Below the pieces are notes generated by a model, which did not search any database, had not been told where the DNA came from, and saw only the letters and a list, made by a program, of their open reading frames with translations. Source: Pseudomonadota bacterium (lineage in GTDB: Bacteria > Bdellovibrionota_B > Oligoflexia > Oligoflexales > CAIYRB01). From it: a stretch of 36,775 nt of DNA. This document shows, in pieces, positions 31,362-36,775 of the stretch (positions are counted from its first letter, which is position 1; each line of letters begins with the position of its first letter). The stretch is taken from positions 1 to 36,775 of the forward strand of contig JAYWBY010000202.1 in NCBI GenBank assembly GCA_043781115.1. The letters are read 5' to 3'. The translations under genes and the position numbers were made by a program.

Positions 31362-34300
31362 TCAACCCGAGGTGGCGCCTTCGACGGCCCGGTCGGAGGT
31401 CGGAGCACCGGCGATTTGCGGCGCTTTTTCCTCTTTGAAGGCTTTGCGGAGGTGCGAAGGCAGGTCCTTCTGCATGTCGACGCCGACAACTTTGGAAACG
31501 CCAGGCTCTTGCATCGTGATGCCGTAGAGCGTGTCGAGCACTTCCATTGTGCGGCGGTTGTGGGTGATGACGATGAACTGGAACTGGGGCGACAGCGCTT
31601 CCAACACGCGGTTGTAGCGGCCGACGTTGGCTTCGTCGAGCGGCGCGTCGACTTCGTCCAGGAAGCAATACGGGGTAGGCTTGGTCTTCAGCAACGCGAA
31701 GATCAAGGAGATCGCCGTCAAAGCCTTCTCTCCACCGGAGAAAAGACTCATCGGCTTCTGGCTCTTGCCGGGCAAGCGGCAGAGGATCTCGACGCCGCCT
31801 TCCATCGGGTTGTCGGGGCTCGTCATCTCGAGCTTGCCTTCTCCCGTGGGGAAAAGGATCGGGAAGAGCTGGCCGAATTCGAAGTTGATGCGTTCGAAGA
31901 CTTCCAGGAACTTCCGGAGCGACGTCTCTTCGATCTCGCTGATCGCCGCGGTCAGGAGGTCGATGCTGGAGACGACCTCGTCGCGCTGCTTGGTAATGAA
32001 GTCCCGGCGCTCGGTCTTGTCCTCGAATTCCTTCAGGGCCATCATGTTGATGGCGCCCATGCCTTCGATCTTGTTGCGGAGCCGCGATACCGACCGCGAC
32101 TTGGAGTCGTGGTTGAACTCCGGGTCGATGTCGAAGCGGTAGGCGTCGAGGTCGAGCTTGTACTTCTCCACGGCTTGCTCGGTGACGCCGGCCAGCGCCA
32201 TGCGCACGCGCTCGAGTTCGACGTTCTTCGTCGCCAAAGTCCGCTGCAAGGAGTTTTGGGTCTCCCGCAGTGTCCGGAGGCGGTTGTCGATGACCCGGGT
32301 CTCTTCGATGAGGCCGGCGTTGGCTTCGCGCTTCGAGGCAAACTCGTCCTGAAGCTTCTCGCGTTCGCGGATCGACTGCTCAATGTCGACTTTCGCCTGC
32401 ACTTCTTCGCGGCGGGCGGCCGAAATATCGGACTCGAGGCGAGTGCGCTCTTCGTAGCGGCGCGACAGCTTATTCTGCAGAAGCTCGAGCTGCGCCTTCG
32501 TCGTCAGGAAGCTGTCGCGGAGAGCCTGGGCGCGGGCGCCCGATTTGGCTTCTTCGATCTTCTTCGACTCGTGTTGGCGGCGGACCTCTTCCTTGCGCTC
32601 GATCAGCGCTTCGGATTCGCCCTCGATGTTGGTCAGTTCGGCCTTGGCGCTGGTCAACTCGCGTGACAACGAGAAGCGGTTTTTGGAGAGCGTCTCGCGC
32701 TCTTCCGTGAGGCGCTGCTCGGTGGCGCGGTGCTTGGCGACGGCGGACTCGGCCGTCTCGATCAGCTCTCGTTTACGGTCGAAGACTTGCTGAACGGCCT
32801 GCTGGGCCGACATGACTTCCAGCACTTCTTTGTTCTGGGCTTGTAGCTTGGCGTCGATCTCCGCGACGACTTGGCGGTCTTCGTTGATCTTGAACTCGAG
32901 CTCGTCGATTTCCGCTTGAGCACGGCCGAGGCCGCCTTCGACGACCTTCAAATCCTTGGCGAGGCTCTCGAGTTCGGTCTTCCTGGTCAAGAGGCCAGGA
33001 GCGCCCTTCCCTCCGACGACGAACTCGTCGATGGCGTTGAACGACACGCCTTGGGCGGTGAAGACGATGACGCCGCGCGGCAAGTTCGCCAACGACTGTT
33101 CGTCGAGCGCCAGGTTCGACAAGAGGTAGAGACGGTCGATGATCGTGTCGAGGCCGTCGATGCGGCGCTCGATCTTGAGGTATTGCCGGAGCGACTCGGC
33201 GCCATTGGCGTCGGCCCACGCCATCACTGCGGCCGTGTCGACCTTCTCGCACTGGGAGAGGACGGTGACCGGCAGGGTGCCTAAGCCGTGCTTGTGCGCG
33301 GTGCGAACTAGGTCGTTGAAGTTATTCAGGTCGCGGATCACCAGGCGCTCGGCCCAGCGTTCGAAGGCGAGCGCGGCCTTTTGCGGCAGCTCGACGGCCT
33401 TCGGTCCGAAAGCGATGAAGTCGGTGAGCAGGCCACTGACGACGTCGTCGATGCCGGGCGCGTCGGACTTGAGTTTGGCGAGTGAGCCGGCGACGTCGGT
33501 GGCCCCCTGGTCGAGCTCGGAGAGCGACGTGTAGCGTGCCTTGATCTCGTGGTACTTCTCGCGCAAGCCGTCACGGCGGACGTTGGCGTCTTTAATCTGA
33601 TGGTAGCGCTGGGCGACGGCCGCTTCGCGGTCGTGCTTTTCGCGGATCTCTTGGTCGAGACCGGCTTGCGTGGCGCCGGCGCGCTTTTCGGCGGCGCGGA
33701 GGTCGACCTCGACGGTCTTGATTTCGTCGCTGAGCACGGCGCGGCGTTGGTCTTCTTCCGAGGCTTCGCGGTGGGCGCGTTCGATGTCCTTGTCGAGGCC
33801 TTCGGCGCGGATCTTGTTGCTTTCGATCAAGCGCTCGAGGTTTTTGATCTCATCTTCGAATTCGTCCATCCGGCTCTGGTAAACCTGGGCGGCCTCGTTG
33901 GCGTTCTCGACCTCTTGTTCGAAGCTCTCGATCGCTTCGCTGAGCGAGCGGGCGATGCTTTCGGCTTGGCTGAGTTCATGGCGCGCGCCGTCGACCTGGC
34001 TCTCGAGGACCTTGAGGTTGGCGTCGTCTTCCGCCAGTTCTTCCGAGATCGACGCGAGGCGGCGAGTGCCGGAATCCATGCGTTCGGTCGCGGACTTCAG
34101 CATCGACTCGGCGCGGGCGATCTTCTCGCGCATCAAAGCGATCGTCTCTTGCAGCGCCTGGATGTCTGGGTCGGCCTCGTCTAACTGGCCTTGGAGTTCG
34201 AGATGGCGGGCTTCCAAGCCGGAAATGTCGGCGAGCGTCTCGGCTTCCTTCGACAGTTCTCCGTCGAGCCCCGAGCGGAGCTTCGACTGCTCGGCTTTGA

Positions 34301-35024
34301 AATGCGAGTGGTTGTGCGCCAGCAAGGACACCTCGTCCTCGCGCAACTTGTCGCTGAGTTCTTGGAACTCTCTCGCCTTTTCGACCTGGTTCTCCAGGGA
34401 TTCGATCGAGCGTTGAACTTCTAGGAGAATGTCCTCGACGCGCGACAGGTTGAGCTGCGTTTGCTCGAGCTTGCGTTGGGCTTCGATCTTGCGCTTCTTG
34501 TAGACGACCGTGCCGGCCGCCTCTTCCAAGATTTCGCGGACGTCTTCTGGCTTGGCGTTAAGGATCCGCTCGACCTGACCCTGTTGAATCATCGAGTAGC
34601 TGCGACCGCCCAGGCCAGTGACCGCGAAGAAGCTGATGATGTCTTTCAGGCGACAGGCTTTTTTGTTGATCAAGTATTCGCGTTGACCGTCGGCGTAGAG
34701 ACGCCTGGTCAAGGTGATCTCGGGTTCGTGACGGTATTCGGCCGGACAGATGGCGTCGTCATCGGAGTTGTCGAACACCAACGACACTTCCGCCATGCCC
34801 AGCGGCTTGCGCCGTTCGGAGCCCGCGAAAATAATGTCGGTGGCCTTCTCGCCCCGCAGGTTCTTGGCGTTTTGCTCGCCCATGACCCAGCGAACGGCGT
34901 CGATGATGTTGCTCTTGCCGGAGCCGTTCGGCCCAACGACCCCAGTGATCCCCTTGTCGAGGGTCACGGTGATTTTGTCGGCGAACGACTTAAAGCCCGA
35001 GATGACGATTTTTTTTAAGAACAT
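31362..35024 (-). CDS. smc: Chromosome partition protein SMC
   Basis: The canonical start MFLKKIVISGFKSFADK is at ATG 35024 (the track ORF extends to GTG 35054). Walker A GPNGSGKSN, long coiled coils, hinge, signature LSGGEKAL and Walker B FCFLDEVDAPLD. Confidence 0.97.
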   Translation of the reverse strand: MFLKKIVISGFKSFADKITVTLDKGITGVVGPNGSGKSNIIDAVRWVMGEQNAKNLRGEKATDIIFAGSERRKPLGMAEVSLVFDNSDDDAICPAEYRHEPEITLTRRLYADGQREYLINKKACRLKDIISFFAVTGLGGRSYSMIQQGQVERILNAKPEDVREILEEAAGTVVYKKRKIEAQRKLEQTQLNLSRVEDILLEVQRSIESLENQVEKAREFQELSDKLREDEVSLLAHNHSHFKAEQSKLRSGLDGELSKEAETLADISGLEARHLELQGQLDEADPDIQALQETIALMREKIARAESMLKSATERMDSGTRRLASISEELAEDDANLKVLESQVDGARHELSQAESIARSLSEAIESFEQEVENANEAAQVYQSRMDEFEDEIKNLERLIESNKIRAEGLDKDIERAHREASEEDQRRAVLSDEIKTVEVDLRAAEKRAGATQAGLDQEIREKHDREAAVAQRYHQIKDANVRRDGLREKYHEIKARYTSLSELDQGATDVAGSLAKLKSDAPGIDDVVSGLLTDFIAFGPKAVELPQKAALAFERWAERLVIRDLNNFNDLVRTAHKHGLGTLPVTVLSQCEKVDTAAVMAWADANGAESLRQYLKIERRIDGLDTIIDRLYLLSNLALDEQSLANLPRGVIVFTAQGVSFNAIDEFVVGGKGAPGLLTRKTELESLAKDLKVVEGGLGRAQAEIDELEFKINEDRQVVAEIDAKLQAQNKEVLEVMSAQQAVQQVFDRKRELIETAESAVAKHRATEQRLTEERETLSKNRFSLSRELTSAKAELTNIEGESEALIERKEEVRRQHESKKIEEAKSGARAQALRDSFLTTKAQLELLQNKLSRRYEERTRLESDISAARREEVQAKVDIEQSIREREKLQDEFASKREANAGLIEETRVIDNRLRTLRETQNSLQRTLATKNVELERVRMALAGVTEQAVEKYKLDLDAYRFDIDPEFNHDSKSRSVSRLRNKIEGMGAINMMALKEFEDKTERRDFITKQRDEVVSSIDLLTAAISEIEETSLRKFLEVFERINFEFGQLFPILFPTGEGKLEMTSPDNPMEGGVEILCRLPGKSQKPMSLFSGGEKALTAISLIFALLKTKPTPYCFLDEVDAPLDEANVGRYNRVLEALSPQFQFIVITHNRRTMEVLDTLYGITMQEPGVSKVVGVDMQKDLPSHLRKAFKEEKAPQIAGAPTSDRAVEGATSG

Positions 35025-35087
35025 GGCGGCAATCTCTAAGCCTAAAAAAGGCACAAAGACATAGAGATATCATGCCTTTAGATGCCG

Positions 35088-36569
35088 TTATTCGATGCGC
35101 TTAAGTTCCGTTATACCAACCCCGGGCTTAACATCCAAGAGCATAACGGCATTGCCATAAAAGGAGCACGACATGGCTCTGCCCGAGGGCGTCAGGGCGA
35201 CTTGATACCACGACGTGAAAGCGCTGTCATTGGTCGTAGTCTCGGCGAACCAGCTGGTGTCGTCCAAGACTTGGGCTCCAAGCGAAAAGTAGGTGTCGGT
35301 GCGGACCCAGTTGATTAAGTCTCTGAAATTATTGACAAGTAGTGTCTTCTGGCCGGCGATCTCCTGAATCTCGAAGTCGCCCGGGAAGACTTGCTTGGTC
35401 GCCTCCGCCCCCTTGAAGCCGTAGACCCTTTCGAAGCTCAAGACTTCTGCCGTGAACGGCTGCTTGCCGTCCGGCTTCACCCGGAGGTCCCCGTTGAAGG
35501 TCACGCGGACGATTTGATTGGCTAAGGGGCTCTTCGTCGGGTTGCCTCGTTGCGAGAGGTAAAAGACGTCGGGGTCGGTCGGATCGGCCTTGGCGTCGTA
35601 GAAATTGGTTCGGTAGTACTTGAAGCTGTTGTCGAAGAAGTGCTCGCTCGGGTCCGGGGCGCCGTCGAAGTTGTAAAGTTTGAAGTAGATCCAGCGCAGC
35701 TCGGCGATGACGATAGGGTCGTTATTGTCGCGCTCCGGAAAAGCGCAGCTCTCGTCCGGAGTCACGGCGCAGACCGGAGCCGCCGCCTTCTCGGCCTGAA
35801 TGTCGTAGACGAAGAATTGATAAAGTTGACGTTGGCCTTTGCTGCTCAGGACGCGGCGGCTGTTCTGCATGTCGTCGGGGATATCGTCGGGGATTGCGGC
35901 GTCACCGTCCTTGATTTCGATGGCGTTGCCGTCGAAGGATGCGTCGTCGCGGAGCTCTTTATCGGACGTCAGCTGCTTCGACGTGTCGGTGGTAAAGCCA
36001 AGCAGCAGGTTGCGCTTGGTATCGAGGTAGAGCGCGCGGCGCGACACGCCGTAGCGACGAACCAGCTTGATTTGCGAGGTTTCGCGGGGCGTGCCGAAGG
36101 TGCCGGCGTAAAGCGCGCCACTCAAGCAAGAAACGAAGAAGTAGGGGTAGCCTTTGACCGCCACGGCGTTCACCGGGCTACAGTCGATCGTGAAGTCGAC
36201 CTTCTGCACGGGATTCGCCGGGTCGGAAATGTCGAACAAGAGCGTGTGCGCCGACTCTTTGTCGTCTGGGTAGTCGAACGTCACGATGAGGTCGTCGCCA
36301 GCAACGGTGAGGCTCCGGCCCATGCGCGGTACTTCGATTGATTTGACTTTGTTGCCGTCCTGGTCGAGCACCAAAATCGAGCCGACGTTGTACGTGCGGT
36401 CGAAGTCGGCGTTCAGTACATAGAAGTGGGAGTTGTCGGCGGACACCCCGACGTCGATCGGGCTGGCGAGATGGAGGGCGATCGTCGGGAATTTCTCTTT
36501 CGTCTTGCAGCCGGTAGTCGCGAAGAGCAGCGAGGAGAGCGACAAGGCAAGGATCGTCAAGCGGGTCAT
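35088..36569 (-). CDS. Hypothetical lipoprotein, probable beta-propeller
   Basis: 493 aa. Lipobox LFATTG|C. GAGG lies 6 nt upstream of the ATG. Repeated strand-rich blocks and LLFDISDPANP resemble LVIVD/YVTN-type propeller repeats (from memory only). Confidence 0.72.
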   Translation of the reverse strand: MTRLTILALSLSSLLFATTGCKTKEKFPTIALHLASPIDVGVSADNSHFYVLNADFDRTYNVGSILVLDQDGNKVKSIEVPRMGRSLTVAGDDLIVTFDYPDDKESAHTLLFDISDPANPVQKVDFTIDCSPVNAVAVKGYPYFFVSCLSGALYAGTFGTPRETSQIKLVRRYGVSRRALYLDTKRNLLLGFTTDTSKQLTSDKELRDDASFDGNAIEIKDGDAAIPDDIPDDMQNSRRVLSSKGQRQLYQFFVYDIQAEKAAAPVCAVTPDESCAFPERDNNDPIVIAELRWIYFKLYNFDGAPDPSEHFFDNSFKYYRTNFYDAKADPTDPDVFYLSQRGNPTKSPLANQIVRVTFNGDLRVKPDGKQPFTAEVLSFERVYGFKGAEATKQVFPGDFEIQEIAGQKTLLVNNFRDLINWVRTDTYFSLGAQVLDDTSWFAETTTNDSAFTSWYQVALTPSGRAMSCSFYGNAVMLLDVKPGVGITELKRIE

Positions 36570-36729
36570 GGAAGTCCTCAGCCGGCGTCCGGCGTGGAAT
36601 CTCGCGAATTAAAATCGGAGCTTAGGATGACATGCCCGGACCTCTAGTGAAAAGCCTTATTTGTGCTTGGCGGGCTGCCCGCGCATTGGGTATGAACAAA
36701 CCAAGTTCTGCAACGAAAGGCACAATCTC

Positions 36730-36775
36730 ATGGCTTCTTTCAATCGCGTCGTAATCATGGGTAACCTCGGCCAAG
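36730..36775 (+). CDS. ssb: Single-stranded DNA-binding protein, N-terminal fragment (runs off the right edge)
   Basis: The ATG at 36730 opens MASFNRVVIMGNLGQ..., the typical SSB OB-fold N-terminus. Only 15 codons are visible. Confidence 0.65.
   Translation, partial: MASFNRVVIMGNLGQ

Noticed and set aside
31238-31489. 83-aa minus-strand ORF ending in a Gly-rich tail (...GLGGGPEQPQGFDGFQDGGFPDAGGETFASGGGC) in the smc/lipoprotein gap. I considered it as a possible small secreted or modified peptide.
   Set aside because: No ATG, GTG or TTG exists in this frame downstream of the smc stop. The only start lies 128 nt inside smc in another frame, and I found no SD. It is most likely non-coding.
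36693-36707. GAAC-N7-GTTC inverted repeat just upstream of ssb, considered as a LexA (Cheo-type) box.
   Set aside because: Only 4 bp per arm, the spacer is 7 rather than 4, the flanks are not palindromic, and the motif does not recur upstream of the other repair genes in the window.
1-36775. I looked for mobile elements, CRISPR arrays, tRNA/rRNA genes, toxin-antitoxin pairs and classical defence genes.
   Set aside because: I saw no transposase, integrase or recombinase-like ORFs, no spaced direct-repeat arrays, and no tRNA-like T-arm sequences in intergenic regions. All intergenic gaps are under 300 bp. The window looks like core chromosome rather than an island.

Overview
GC-rich chromosomal segment (judged by eye, not computed) from a diderm, flagellated bacterium. 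I saw no rRNA, tRNA, CRISPR array, transposase or integrase. Layout: (i) 1-12.2 kb, minus strand, is a tightly packed, partly translationally coupled flagellar export and motor-switch operon: fliL-fliM-fliN-fliO(long)-fliP-fliQ-fliR-flhB-flhA-flhF-flhG-fliA-cheY, followed by one truncated unknown ORF. A sigma-28-like promoter lies upstream of fliL. (ii) 12.5-15.7 kb holds two paralogous, translationally coupled porin-like outer-membrane proteins and a mono-haem cytochrome c lipoprotein. (iii) 15.7-18.7 kb is a compact tatB-lysA-lysC block. (iv) 18.8-27.9 kb is a DNA-repair neighbourhood: a LigD-like protein, a PilZ protein, an unknown 198-aa protein, exonuclease III, a nucleotidyltransferase-only mini-ligase, DNA polymerase I, a divergent SRAP/YedK-like protein and a DUF72 protein. 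(v) 28-36.8 kb holds hldD, an Omp85-family barrel, two lipoproteins, smc and the 5' end of ssb. The most unusual content is in (iv). The LigD-like protein keeps apparently intact phosphoesterase and primase-polymerase modules, but its central ligase module is truncated, has no OB fold, and has Arg where the adenylatable lysine should be. An OB-less ligase with intact motifs I-V lies 2 kb downstream. No Ku gene is visible. Together these suggest a rewired, Ku-less end-repair module, but this is inference from motif reading only. Other oddities are a 422-aa FliO with a large periplasmic N-terminal domain and a FliL with a perfect tandem repeat. All calls rest on reading the supplied translations against remembered family motifs. 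No database search was run.
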